Assembly: GCA_963724765.1 (NCBI GenBank)
Contig: CAVRVY010000003.1
Span: forward strand, 512,001-576,000
Direction of reading: 5' to 3'
Source: an uncultured delta proteobacterium
Lineage (GTDB): Bacteria > Desulfobacterota > Binatia > Binatales > Binataceae
DNA: 64,000 bases
Shown piece after piece: positions 17,522-28,082 of this stretch. The notes beneath the pieces were generated by a model. The model worked only from the letters and a program-made list of their open reading frames with translations. It had not been told where the DNA came from and ran no database searches. The position numbers and the translations under genes were made by a program. Positions within the stretch are counted from its first letter, which is position 1. Each line of letters begins with the position of its first letter.

Positions 17522-19264
17522 CTAGCGGCGGCGCGGCATCACCGGCAGGCTTAAATATGAAGCGAAGCTGCGCTCGTGCATCACGCTCTGCAGCGCGGGG
17601 CGCATTTCGGCGTCGGTGAATAGCTCGTGCCCGGTGTTGGGATTGCGGTCGAAGCGCGGAAAATTCGACGAACTGATTTCCAGCCGAACGCGATGGCCGG
17701 CCTTGAACACGTTGGCGGTCGCCCATAGATCGATCTTGAACTCGTAGATCTTGCCCGCGACCATCAGCTTGGGTTCGCTCTGCGACTCGCGCACGCGCGC
17801 GCGAATAATTCCGTCGGTCAGATTGCGCGCGAAGCCGCACGGCCCGGCGTCGACCAGCTTGGCGGTGAAATCGGTGTCGGGCGCGGAGGACGACGCGTAC
17901 AGCGTCATCGTCACCGGCCCGATGACTTCGAGGTCCTCGCTAAGCGGCTCGCTCGAGTAGACCAGCACGTCGGCGCGATGCTCAACCAGGCTCTGGTCGA
18001 GCGCCCCACCCATCTGCGCGTTGGCGTAGCAGCAAAGCCCGCCGCCCGCGGTCGGCACCGGGTTGAGCGGATTGTAGATGAACGAATCCGGCGGCTCGTC
18101 GCCCGGCGCTTCGGTGGCGAGCGCGCCGTCGCCGTAGGCGCTGTTGGCTTTGCCGCGGCTGTGCAGGTAGTACCGGCGCATCTCGGCGCCCGGCGGAGGC
18201 CATTCCTTCTCGTCGCGCCATTCGTTGACGCCCATCACGAACAGCCGTACCGGCGCGTCCTTGTCGACGCCGTTGTCGACGCCCTTCAGCCAATGGTCGA
18301 ACCATCGCAGTTGCGTGCCGTCGTAGTCGATCGCCACCGGGCCGGAGCGAAATCCGTAATCGACCTGGCCCACCAGGCTCGAGAACGGGACCGCGTGATG
18401 CCACGGGCCGGCTAGCAGGCGCTGCCCGGCGCGAGCGGGCGCCGAGGCGCCGCGCGCGCGCATCCCGAGATAGTTGCGCAGCGTCCCGCCCATGAAGATG
18501 TCGTGCCATCCGCCGACGTTGAGCGCCGGCACGTCTATCCTGTCGTACTGCTCCTCGATACAGATCGCGCGCCAGTAGTCGTCGTAGTAAGGATGCGCGA
18601 GCCAATCGTAGAAGTACGGCGCGCCGATGCGGAAAAGTGGAAACTCGCTGAGCGGCGCGAACTCCATCCGCTCGCGCATCACGTCGATACTGCCCAGCAG
18701 CGCGTTCAACTCCTCGGCGGCCTTGGGATTGCCCGCGCGCTCGCGGATCAGGCGGCTCAGTCCGAGCGTGATCATCAGCCAGCTCACGCTGAAGAACAGC
18801 TCAAACGCGCCGCCCTGGTAAACCCATCCGTCGTGGTAGTCGCTCGCCGTGATCGACGGCACCATCGCCTTGAGGCTCGGCGGACGCTGCGTCGCGGCGA
18901 GCCATTGCGTCGCGCCCATGTATGACGCGCCGAAAGTGCCGACCTTGCCATCGGCCCATGGCTGACGTGCGATGAATTCGATCGTGTCGTAGCCGTCGCG
19001 CGCCTCGTCGACGAAGCATCGAAAGGTCCCCTGCGAGGCGAACAGCCCGCGGCAGTCCTGGACCACGACGTTGTAGCCCGCGCGCGCCGCGCGGACCACG
19101 TCGAGCGTGTTGAGTGTGATCGGCGGGAAGGACTTGTCGTACGGCGTGCGGTTGAGCAGCACCGGCAGCTTCTCGGATCCCTCGGGCCGGTAGAGGTCGG
19201 CCTTCAGCACGCATCCGTCACGCATCGGGATGTCGATGTCTTTATCGATGATGATTCTGGACAT
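17522..19264 (-). CDS. CocE/NonD family hydrolase
   Basis: MRDG..L.ADLYRP, RTPY, QDCRG...S.G, GASY.G, GGWHD, GPW.H, SSNFPRFDRNPNTG. Confidence 0.92.
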   Translation of the reverse strand: MSRIIIDKDIDIPMRDGCVLKADLYRPEGSEKLPVLLNRTPYDKSFPPITLNTLDVVRAARAGYNVVVQDCRGLFASQGTFRCFVDEARDGYDTIEFIARQPWADGKVGTFGASYMGATQWLAATQRPPSLKAMVPSITASDYHDGWVYQGGAFELFFSVSWLMITLGLSRLIRERAGNPKAAEELNALLGSIDVMRERMEFAPLSEFPLFRIGAPYFYDWLAHPYYDDYWRAICIEEQYDRIDVPALNVGGWHDIFMGGTLRNYLGMRARGASAPARAGQRLLAGPWHHAVPFSSLVGQVDYGFRSGPVAIDYDGTQLRWFDHWLKGVDNGVDKDAPVRLFVMGVNEWRDEKEWPPPGAEMRRYYLHSRGKANSAYGDGALATEAPGDEPPDSFIYNPLNPVPTAGGGLCCYANAQMGGALDQSLVEHRADVLVYSSEPLSEDLEVIGPVTMTLYASSSAPDTDFTAKLVDAGPCGFARNLTDGIIRARVRESQSEPKLMVAGKIYEFKIDLWATANVFKAGHRVRLEISSSNFPRFDRNPNTGHELFTDAEMRPALQSVMHERSFASYLSLPVMPRRR

Positions 19265-19475
19265 CAGATGGGCTCCCTTGTCCGCACGTGGGATCTTGGT
19301 CCCGCTGCGGCGCCGGTGCCGGCCGTTTGCGCTCGCGCGCGGCGCCGTTTAAGGTCGCTTGTAGTCCGACGACCCCGGGTCTTCAAGCAAAACCTGCCGC
19401 GCGGGCCTCGCGCGGGACATTCGTGAGCCGGACGCATGAGCCGGACGAAGATATAAGACGGGCAAAGAGGTTGCG

Positions 19476-19580
19476 ATGGCGACGGAACGACAGCGTGAAA
19501 TCAAGCGGCGGCGCAAGCGGCGCGAGAAGCGACTCAAGGCACTGACTCGCGAGGCGCGCAAGCATAAGAAAAAGCGTTAA
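19476..19580 (+). CDS. 34-aa highly basic small protein MATERQREIKRRRKRREKRLKALTREARKHKKKR (resembles DUF6800-type peptides)
   Basis: Translated by hand; AGAGG SD upstream; below the ORF-track length cutoff. Confidence 0.65.
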   Translation: MATERQREIKRRRKRREKRLKALTREARKHKKKR

Positions 19581-19632
19581 TACCAGAGAATCCGCTGGCA
19601 AGTGAACCGCCCGCAGCCCTCCGAAACACAGC

Positions 19633-19661
19633 TTGCACTATTTGAGCACCGGCTTTATAAT
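19633..19661 (+). promoter_or_regulatory. Sigma70 promoter upstream of the peroxiredoxin gene
   Basis: TTGCAC-17-TATAAT in an AT-rich patch. Confidence 0.65.
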
Positions 19662-19851
19662 AGAATAGTTAACGAGCCTGATTTGTCATTAATTAAATCA
19701 GTGCGCGGGCAGCGTGAATACCAGAAATAGATGAATTACTTGTGCGATGGCGCTACGCTCAGCCCGCTCGCAGGCCCTCGAGACACAGGCTTGCTTTTGA
19801 CCGGGCAGCGACGCGCGACGCACATTAAAATCCGAAAGCGAGGTAGCGGCT

Positions 19852-20493
<642 letters not shown>

Positions 20494-20701
20494 GCTTCGA
20501 GTCGCGGGCATAAGTTGCGCGACGCGCTCGATGCGGCCTCAAAGGACCCATCATTGTCTCGCAATCTGGCGCTTGATCTCGCAACGCCGCGCTTGCCTCG
20601 GCGGTGAGCGCGGCGTTACATTTAAATTAGATTGAACGTCCATCAATTCTGACTGCACTCGATCGCGCTCGATCCAATTTTCGAACGCGCAGCGCGGCCC
20701 G

Positions 20702-22204
20702 ATGGAGTACAAGGGCATAGAGGGTTCCCCTCAACCGCCAGTGATCGCCGCTGCCAGACCGCATCCGCTGGGCCCCGGCCGGTTGATCGTGATGTCCAAT
20801 CGCGCGCCGATTCGGGTTGTGCAGGAGGCGGGCCAACAGCGAATCGAGCCCACCGTAGGCGGCGTCGGCAGCACCTTTCTACGCCTGCTGGAGCATCAGG
20901 GCGGCCTGTGGATCGCATGGTCGGGCACACAGGCGAAGACCCCCGGACGGCTCATGATGCCGCCCGAGAGCGACCCGCCACGCTTCGAAATCGTGTTCTG
21001 CCCGCTGAACGAACGCGACGTCTCGCATTACTACTATGGGATGTGCAATCGGGGATTGTGGCCGTTGATGCATTTCATGACGGCGAGCTGTCACTTTAAC
21101 ACGCTGCACTGGCGCTACTACGAAGCGGTCAACCGCAATTTCGCCGAAATCGCCGCCAAGGAGGCCAGCGACGACGACGTGGTATGGGTGCAGGATTTCC
21201 ATCTTGCGCTGGTCCCGCGCCTGTTGCGCGAGCAGCGCCCACGCATCCCGATCGGGCTTTTCTGGCACGTCCCGTTTCCGCCCGAGCAGATTTTTCGCGT
21301 CTTTCCGTGGCGCTCGGAACTGCTCGAGGGGATGCTCGGCGCTGACCTGGTCGGCTTCCATACGCGATCCTACGTCATCCAGTTTCTCAACTGTTGCGAG
21401 CGCATTCTGGGTCTGCGTGTCGACCGCTCACGCGATGAGGTCGCAACCCATCGCGGGCCGGTGCGAGTCGGTGTCTTCCCGCTCGGCATCCCGGCCGACT
21501 ATTTCGCCGGGCTCGCCGCGAGCCCGCGCGTCCAGGATCGCTCCGAGCGCATCCGCCGCGCGCTGCGCACGCCGTACGTCGTGCTCGGCGTCGACCGGCT
21601 CGACTACACCAAGGGCATCCTGGAGCGCCTGCTCGGCTTCGAGCGTTTCCTCGAAGCCAACCCGGCCTACCATCGGCGCGTCACGCTGGTGTTGATCGCG
21701 GTGCCCTCGCGCACCAAGGTCGCCGACTACATGGCGCTCAAGCGCGAGCTGGACGAGCTGGTCGGCCGCATCATCGGCCACTTCTCTTCCGAGGGCTGGG
21801 TCCCGATTCGCTATCTCTATACGCAATTCGGCGCCGAGGACTTGGTCGCCTACTACCAGGCCGCCGATATCGCGCTGCTGACCCCGCTGCGCGATGGGAT
21901 GAACCTGGTCGCCAAGGAATACATCGCCGCGCATCTCTCCGATAACGGCGCGCTCATCCTGAGTGAGTTTGCCGGCGCGGCCGAGGAACTCACGCAGGCG
22001 CTGCTGGTCAATCCTTACGACATCGACGCGATCGCCGCGCGTATCAAGCAGGCACTCGAGATGAGTCCGGCCGAGCGCGCGGCCCGGATGCACGCGATGC
22101 GCACGCAGGTGCATCGCAACAACCTCGAGCACTGGTCGGGGCTCTTCCTCAATGCGCTGCTGCCGGAGCGGAACTTTGCCGCAGAGGCCTCGGCCGGCTC
22201 CTGA
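20702..22204 (+). CDS. otsA: Trehalose-6-phosphate synthase
   Basis: [54 protein letters not shown]. Confidence 0.95.
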   Translation: MEYKGIEGSPQPPVIAAARPHPLGPGRLIVMSNRAPIRVVQEAGQQRIEPTVGGVGSTFLRLLEHQGGLWIAWSGTQAKTPGRLMMPPESDPPRFEIVFCPLNERDVSHYYYGMCNRGLWPLMHFMTASCHFNTLHWRYYEAVNRNFAEIAAKEASDDDVVWVQDFHLALVPRLLREQRPRIPIGLFWHVPFPPEQIFRVFPWRSELLEGMLGADLVGFHTRSYVIQFLNCCERILGLRVDRSRDEVATHRGPVRVGVFPLGIPADYFAGLAASPRVQDRSERIRRALRTPYVVLGVDRLDYTKGILERLLGFERFLEANPAYHRRVTLVLIAVPSRTKVADYMALKRELDELVGRIIGHFSSEGWVPIRYLYTQFGAEDLVAYYQAADIALLTPLRDGMNLVAKEYIAAHLSDNGALILSEFAGAAEELTQALLVNPYDIDAIAARIKQALEMSPAERAARMHAMRTQVHRNNLEHWSGLFLNALLPERNFAAEASAGS

Positions 22205-22229
22205 GGCGCCGCCGCTTCTGCCGGCCGCG

Positions 22230-22997
22230 ATGCTCGAGCAACTCGCCGCCCGCAGCCCACTCCTGCTCTGTCTCGATTACGACGGCACCATCTCTGAACT
22301 GGTCAGCCGGCCTGCGATGGCGCGTCCGGTTGAGGGCGTAGTGGCGGCGCTCAAAGCGCTCGCGGCACTCGGCGAGCGTATCGCCGTCGCGATCGTCAGC
22401 GGCCGCCCGATCGCCGAATTGCGCCGGATGACTGGGCTTGGGCATGCGGTGATGTACGCCGGCGTACACGGACTCGAAATCGCCGGGCGCTCGCGTGCGG
22501 CCGGCGGGGATGAAATCCGCGTACCTGATGACGTGGCCCGATGCGTCCCGGAGCTGGATCGCGTGCGCGCATGGCTCACGCACAATGTCGCGCCCGAGGC
22601 CGGTTTCGAGGTCGAAGACAAGCGACTGTCGCTCGCCCTGCACTATCGCAACGCCGAACCCGCCGCGGCTGCCGCACTGCGCGCTCGCTTCGAGGAGTTC
22701 GTGCGAACGGGCGCGCCGCATCTGCGCGCCGCGCACAACAAGATGGTGGTCGAGGCGCTGCCCGCCGCGGCCTCCAAGGGCGAAGCGCTTCGCGCGCTCG
22801 GTCGCGAAGCCGGCGCCGCATTTGTGCCGGTTTATTTTGGCGACGACCGCACCGACGAGGACGCCTTCGCCGAAGTGCTTTCGCGCGGAGTCGGAGTGCT
22901 GGTGGGCGACGCGCGTCCTTCGCTCGCGCGCTGGCGGGTCGATAATCCCGCCGCCGTCGCACGCGTCTTGACCGCGCTCGCGAAGTCGCTCGCGTAG
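22230..22997 (+). CDS. otsB: Trehalose-6-phosphate phosphatase (start uncertain)
   Basis: LDYDGT, VSGR, EDK....ALHYR, KGEA, GDDRTDEDAF; follows otsA. Confidence 0.92.
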   Translation: MLEQLAARSPLLLCLDYDGTISELVSRPAMARPVEGVVAALKALAALGERIAVAIVSGRPIAELRRMTGLGHAVMYAGVHGLEIAGRSRAAGGDEIRVPDDVARCVPELDRVRAWLTHNVAPEAGFEVEDKRLSLALHYRNAEPAAAAALRARFEEFVRTGAPHLRAAHNKMVVEALPAAASKGEALRALGREAGAAFVPVYFGDDRTDEDAFAEVLSRGVGVLVGDARPSLARWRVDNPAAVARVLTALAKSLA

Positions 22998-23191
22998 ATT
23001 TTTTGACCGCGCGTGTGACTGCGCTCGCGCAGTAAAATTGCTGATCTCAATTCTTCCATAAGTGTCTTGGAGCATCAGGTCAGAAGCGCGCGACCATTGG
23101 CTCCTCAGTAATCCGCACTCCGCGGCGCTTGCCTCTATCCGGCAGCGCTGCAAGAGTAGCGGGCACCGTTTATCAGAGGATCATTCAGCCG

Positions 23192-24355
23192 ATGCCCAAG
23201 ACGAAACTGTTTCCGGTAACCGTGGTCGGTTCGTGGACGCGCCAACCGTGGCTGGTCGCGGCGTTGCGTCAACGCCAGGCGGGCGAAATCACCGGCGCCG
23301 AATTTGACCTGGTAGCCGACGACGCCGTGCTCGCCGCGATCAAGTACCAGGAGGACGCCGGTGTCGATATCGTCGCCGACGGCGAGATGCGCCGCGACAA
23401 TTTCTATTCCTTCGTGGTCGACAAGCTCAACGGGATGCGCCTGATGAAGCTCTCGCAGTTGCTCGATTACGTGAAGGACCGCGCCGGTTTCGAGGAAATC
23501 CTGCGCGCGCTCGACGTCCCGGCGTTCGCGATCAAGAGCCCCATCGCGGTCGAGAAAATCAGCGAACGCGAGGGTCTGTGCGTCGACGAGGCCAAATTCC
23601 TCAAACAACATACCAAGCACGCGACCAAGATTCCGATCCCCGGCCCCTACCTGCTCACCCGCTCGAGCTGGTTCGAAGGGCTCTCCGACAAGGCCTATCC
23701 GACGCGCGAAGATCTCGCGCGCGACGTGGTAAAAATTCTGCGCCGCGAAATCATGCGGCTCAAGGAGCTGGGCATCGACTTCATCCAGCTCGACGAACCC
23801 TCGCTCTCGCAGGTGGTCTACGGCGACGAGGCCGAGCAGACCTTCATGTGCGCGGCGCTCGGCTCGCGCACCGATCCGACTCACGAGCTGGAATTCGCCG
23901 TGCGCCTGATGAACGAGACCGTCGAAGGAATCGACGGGGTGCATTTCGGCGTGCACGTCTGCCGCGGCAACTGGAGCCGCAAGGAGAACGTGCTGCTTGC
24001 GGGCAACTACGGTCCGCTGCTGCCGTGGCTGATGCGCATGAATGTTCATCAGCTGGTGCTCGAGATGGCCACGCCGCGGGCCGGCGAGATCGAGGTGTTC
24101 AAAGAATATCGCAACGAGAAGGAGCTGGGCCTGGGGGTCAGCAACCCGCGCACCGATGAGATCGAGTCGCCCGCGGAAATAGTGAAGCGGGTCAAGGAAG
24201 TGCTGCGCTACTTCGACCCCGACAAAATCTATCTCAATCCCGACTGCGGCTTCGGAACCTTCGCCGAGCGCTGCGTCAACAGCTCGCCGGTCGCGTTCCA
24301 CAAGCTGCAGGCGATCGCGGAAGCGGCCGAGATGCTGCGCAAGGAATGCGGCTGA
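23192..24355 (+). CDS. Cobalamin-independent methionine synthase II family (MetE catalytic domain only)
   Basis: VVGSW, AGVDIVADGEMRR, QLDEP, HVCRGN, NPDCGF Zn ligands. Confidence 0.88.
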   Translation: MPKTKLFPVTVVGSWTRQPWLVAALRQRQAGEITGAEFDLVADDAVLAAIKYQEDAGVDIVADGEMRRDNFYSFVVDKLNGMRLMKLSQLLDYVKDRAGFEEILRALDVPAFAIKSPIAVEKISEREGLCVDEAKFLKQHTKHATKIPIPGPYLLTRSSWFEGLSDKAYPTREDLARDVVKILRREIMRLKELGIDFIQLDEPSLSQVVYGDEAEQTFMCAALGSRTDPTHELEFAVRLMNETVEGIDGVHFGVHVCRGNWSRKENVLLAGNYGPLLPWLMRMNVHQLVLEMATPRAGEIEVFKEYRNEKELGLGVSNPRTDEIESPAEIVKRVKEVLRYFDPDKIYLNPDCGFGTFAERCVNSSPVAFHKLQAIAEAAEMLRKECG

Positions 24356-24424
24356 ACAATCGGCCCCGGCAAATCGAATCCGGCCGCGAACCCAACGAGA
24401 AAATTACCGCAGGAGCTGATAAAT

Positions 24425-24958
24425 ATGGCAGACGAAAAGATGCTCAATGGCCTGCGTCCCGACAAAATCGTCGCGATCACCGATTCCATGCGCGACGATC
24501 CCGAAGTGCTCAAGGGCGTCACCGGGCCGTGGAAGTCGCGCGTGGTATGGCAGGGCGGCTTCCGCGCCAAGGCCTACATGCGCAAGCACGTGGTCGAGAT
24601 GGACGAGCCCGAGGGCCTCGACGCCACCGACGCCGCCGCCAGCGCGCACGAGCAGTTGCTCTCCGCGATGGGCAGTTGTCTAACGGTCGGCTTCGTACTT
24701 AACGCGACCAAACGCGGCGTGCGGATCCACGACCTCGAGGTCGCGCTGGAGGGCAACTTCGAGAACATCCTGAAGTGGGCCGGCCACAGCACCACCGGCA
24801 ATCCCGGCTATCCCTCGATCAAGGCCAAGCTGTTCGTGCGCGCCGACGCCGACGAAAAGACGCTCAAGGAACTGTGGCGGCTCGCCGTCGAAGGCTCGCC
24901 CGTCACCCAGACCATCGCGCGCCCGACCGAAATCATCACCGAGTTCGAGAAGGTCTGA
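24425..24958 (+). CDS. OsmC/Ohr-family protein
   Basis: MDEPEGL..TD, EQLLSAMGSCL, V.LEG, SPV..TI. Confidence 0.82.
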   Translation: MADEKMLNGLRPDKIVAITDSMRDDPEVLKGVTGPWKSRVVWQGGFRAKAYMRKHVVEMDEPEGLDATDAAASAHEQLLSAMGSCLTVGFVLNATKRGVRIHDLEVALEGNFENILKWAGHSTTGNPGYPSIKAKLFVRADADEKTLKELWRLAVEGSPVTQTIARPTEIITEFEKV

Positions 24959-24990
24959 AGCGGGCGAAAATCCGGCCGATCGTAAAATCG

Positions 24991-25764
24991 ATGATACGGT
25001 TAGCGGGTGCGCAAGCGGTCGCCGAGCGAATTGGGAAAGCCGATTTCGTAATCGTCGACCCGCGCCGCCCGATGAAGTATCTCTCGGGCCATCTAAGCGG
25101 CGCGATCAATCTGCCCGTCTATCGCGCGTTCGGCGACAACGGCAGCCTGCTGGAGGCGGCGGCGCTTGCCGACTGGCTCGGGGCAGGCGGAGTCGGCGAG
25201 GGCGTCACTCCCGTGCTCTACGATTCGCCGCAGGGTCAGAACGCCGCGATGCTGGCCTGGATCATGGAGTATCTGGGCGCGCCGGAGATTTTCCTGCTCG
25301 ACGTTTTCTTCGAGCGCTGGAAGCGCGAGGAGCGCGAGGTCGCGTATCGCCCGGTCGAACCGGCAAAACGGCGCTTCATCCCGCGCCTGAACCAGCGGCT
25401 GCGCGCGACCCTCGACGAAGTGCGCGCCGACACCGCCGATCGCCTGGTCGATTTCCGCTCGCACGAAGAGTTCATCGGCGAGCGCGACCTCGACGGCCAT
25501 CCCGGCCATATTCCGAACGCGGTCAATCTCGTTTGGCGCGATCTGAACGGGACCGAGGATCGGCTGCTCGCTCCGCGCGAACAGCTCGAGCGCCAAATCG
25601 CGGCGGCCGGTATCGCGCACGGGCAGAAGGTCGTGGCCTATTGCCGCAGCGGGCCACGCGCCGCGCTCGGCTACCTGGCGCTCACGCAAGTGGGCTACAA
25701 TGCGCGGCTGTTCGACGGCTCGTTCGCCGAATGGGCCCGCGCCGGGATGCCGGTCGAGAAGTAG
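24991..25764 (+). CDS. Two-domain rhodanese/sulfurtransferase (SseA-like)
   Basis: YLSGHLSGA, GHIPNA, YCRSG.RA, FDGSFAEW. Confidence 0.9.
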   Translation: MIRLAGAQAVAERIGKADFVIVDPRRPMKYLSGHLSGAINLPVYRAFGDNGSLLEAAALADWLGAGGVGEGVTPVLYDSPQGQNAAMLAWIMEYLGAPEIFLLDVFFERWKREEREVAYRPVEPAKRRFIPRLNQRLRATLDEVRADTADRLVDFRSHEEFIGERDLDGHPGHIPNAVNLVWRDLNGTEDRLLAPREQLERQIAAAGIAHGQKVVAYCRSGPRAALGYLALTQVGYNARLFDGSFAEWARAGMPVEK

Positions 25765-25788
25765 TTCGGCCGTTTCATCGATGTGCGG

Positions 25789-25968
25789 CTAGAACAGATG
25801 GATTATCCATAGCCCAGCCAGCAGCGAAACGACGCCGATCAGGCCGTTGCGCACAAGCCGTCCAAATTTCTCCTGTTCTTCTTCCGCGTGAGAGATTCTG
25901 TAGCCACAGCGCGAGCAGCGGTCGCGGTCAATTCGTCCTACTTTGCACCTTGGACAGAGAATCCTCAT
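25789..25968 (-). CDS. 59-aa zinc-ribbon protein with a C-terminal TM helix: MRILCPRCKVGRIDRDRCSRCGYRISHAEEEQEKFGRLVRNGLIGVVSLLAGLWIIHLF
   Basis: Translated by hand; GGAGG SD, CxxC..CxxC, hydrophobic tail; below the ORF-track cutoff. Confidence 0.75.
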   Translation of the reverse strand: MRILCPRCKVGRIDRDRCSRCGYRISHAEEEQEKFGRLVRNGLIGVVSLLAGLWIIHLF

Positions 25969-26434
25969 AGGCTGCCTCCGACGAAAGTCCTGTCGAAGTC
26001 TCGAGCCAGGCTCTGACCGGGCTCGGAAAATCCTGCTCTATGTCTGGTCCACTGACGCATCGCCTGAGAATTGATAACGATCAGTCGAACGGGGTTAAGC
26101 GTACAGGACTGCTGCGTTTGCGAGAATGAAATTGCGAATTCGTCAACTCGTTGCAAGAATTAACAAACACCAACGGCCGCTAGCCAAGGCATCGCTACGC
26201 AGAAAACTACTTGCATTCAGATCGCAAAGTATTCAATCACGTATTAAAAATGACTCAGGTGTGCGCCTTCTAGCGCTTATCATCATCAAAGCGGAGCCAG
26301 GATAGATTTCCGGCAGATGAAATTTTGATCCGGGTAATCATCTCCATAGCGGATTGGGCCGCAAGGTCGGCGCTCGTGGATCTCACTTTCCGGATGCGTT
26401 GACAAAGCAGCCATTCCACCGGAAGATCATCCTG

Positions 26435-26632
26435 ATGGCCAGAATTACCGTAGAAGATTGTCTGGAAAAGATTCCCAACCGCTTCGAACTCGTGCTGGGA
26501 GCCGCCAAGCGTGCCAAGCAACTACTCAAGGGTGCCCGCCCGCTGGTGGAAACTGACAACAAGGAAGTCGTCACGGCGCTTCGCGAGATCGCCGCGGGCA
26601 AGGTTTCGATCGAAAGGCCCGAAGAGGCCTGA
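26435..26632 (+). CDS. rpoZ: RNA polymerase omega subunit
   Basis: [28 protein letters not shown]...ALREIAAG. Confidence 0.96.
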   Translation: MARITVEDCLEKIPNRFELVLGAAKRAKQLLKGARPLVETDNKEVVTALREIAAGKVSIERPEEA

Positions 26633-26781
26633 TAGACGTCTGCATAGACCTCTGATAGAGGTCCTGACCGCCCCCTGATTCCTTGACCCGCCCAGGCGCT
26701 GTCGGACCGCGGGAACCGCGGGGCCTCAGCAGGCGATGGCGTCGCAGGCGCGGAAGTTCTGACCGTTCCGCGGAGCATCAG

Positions 26782-27969
26782 GTGGCGCGCAAACCATCCC
26801 GTCGCAAATCCACGGCCGATCACAAGGCCGATCCGATTCGAGTCGCCGCCCGTGCGACGCGCCGGCGCCGCACGGCTGCGGCGGCCGACGATGAAACGGC
26901 CCCGGTAGTCGAGGCCGAAATCGTCGAACCTAAAATCGTGAATCCCAAAATTGTCGACGATAATAGCCCGGGCGAAGCGGCGCCGCTGGCCGAGCTCGGT
27001 GAGATTGGCGAACTGCCCGAGGGATTCGCACGGGCCGGCGGTGGCGAGGCCGCCGTCGAGATCAGCGCCGAGGGTGGGCCCGAAGCGGCGCAGGACGCCG
27101 CTGAAGAGAGCGGCGGCGCGCTGGTCGCATTCGATCCGCTGGGCCGCTACCTTACCGAGATTCGGCGCTTTCCGCTGCTCAACCGCGAAGAAGAAATCGA
27201 AATCGCCAAGCGCTACGCGAAGCATCACGACCCGGCCGACGCCTATCGGCTGGTCACCGCCAATTTGCGCCTGGTGGTCAAAATCGCCAGCGAGTTCGCC
27301 CACGCCTCGCGCAACCTGCTCGACCTTATCCAGGAGGGCAACGTCGGCCTGATGGAGGCCGTGCGCAATTTCGACCCTTACCGCGGCATCCGCTTCCCGT
27401 CGTACGCGGTGTGGTGGGTGCGCGCCTACATCTACCGCTTCCTGATCAATAACTGGCGGCTGGTAAAGATCGGCACCACGCAGGCCCAGCGCAAACTCTT
27501 CTTCAACCTGCGCAAGGAGACCGAACGGCTGGAGGCCGAAGGCTTCACCGCGCAGCCGCTCCTGCTCGCCCAGCGCATGGGGGTCAAGGAAAGCGAAGTG
27601 CGCGAGATGCAGGAGCGAATGGCGCATAGCGAGGTCTCGCTCAACCAGCCGGTGCGCGAGGACGAGGCTGTCGAGTTGCTCGACGTGATTCCCGACAGCT
27701 CCGACACGCCCGAAGAGGCCGCCGCGCATGACGAATGGCGCACCTTCGCGCACGAAAAGATCGATCAGTTCGCGAGCACGCTCAAAGACAAGGAACTCGA
27801 GATCTTCCGGAGCCGGCTGCTCTCCGAAGATCCGCCTACCCTGCAGGAGGTCGGCGCCAGGTTCGGGATTAGCCGCGAGCGCGTACGCCAAATCGAGGCG
27901 CGGCTGAAAAAACGGCTCAAGCTCTTTCTCAAGTCACAGGCTTCCGATATCGAGCAGGCGGGGCCGTAG
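26782..27969 (+). CDS. rpoH: RNA polymerase sigma-32-family factor with a long N-terminal extension (start estimated)
   Basis: [29 protein letters not shown], RpoH box [25 protein letters not shown]. Confidence 0.85.
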   Translation: MARKPSRRKSTADHKADPIRVAARATRRRRTAAAADDETAPVVEAEIVEPKIVNPKIVDDNSPGEAAPLAELGEIGELPEGFARAGGGEAAVEISAEGGPEAAQDAAEESGGALVAFDPLGRYLTEIRRFPLLNREEEIEIAKRYAKHHDPADAYRLVTANLRLVVKIASEFAHASRNLLDLIQEGNVGLMEAVRNFDPYRGIRFPSYAVWWVRAYIYRFLINNWRLVKIGTTQAQRKLFFNLRKETERLEAEGFTAQPLLLAQRMGVKESEVREMQERMAHSEVSLNQPVREDEAVELLDVIPDSSDTPEEAAAHDEWRTFAHEKIDQFASTLKDKELEIFRSRLLSEDPPTLQEVGARFGISRERVRQIEARLKKRLKLFLKSQASDIEQAGP

Positions 27970-28082
27970 TCAGGGGCCGTAGTCGCGCGCCCGGGCCAGA
28001 CACCCCCCGTTGCTCCATCGCAACGCGGACGCGATAATGGCGTTGGGAAAGGGGGAGTGGGCGGCGCAGGCGGCCAGGCTTT

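Noticed and set aside
27961-27984. Short direct duplications (gggccgtagtc x2 here; similar pairs near 19423-19448 and 29998-30020) considered as insertion target-site duplications
   Set aside because: No element lies between the copies; most likely local slippage.
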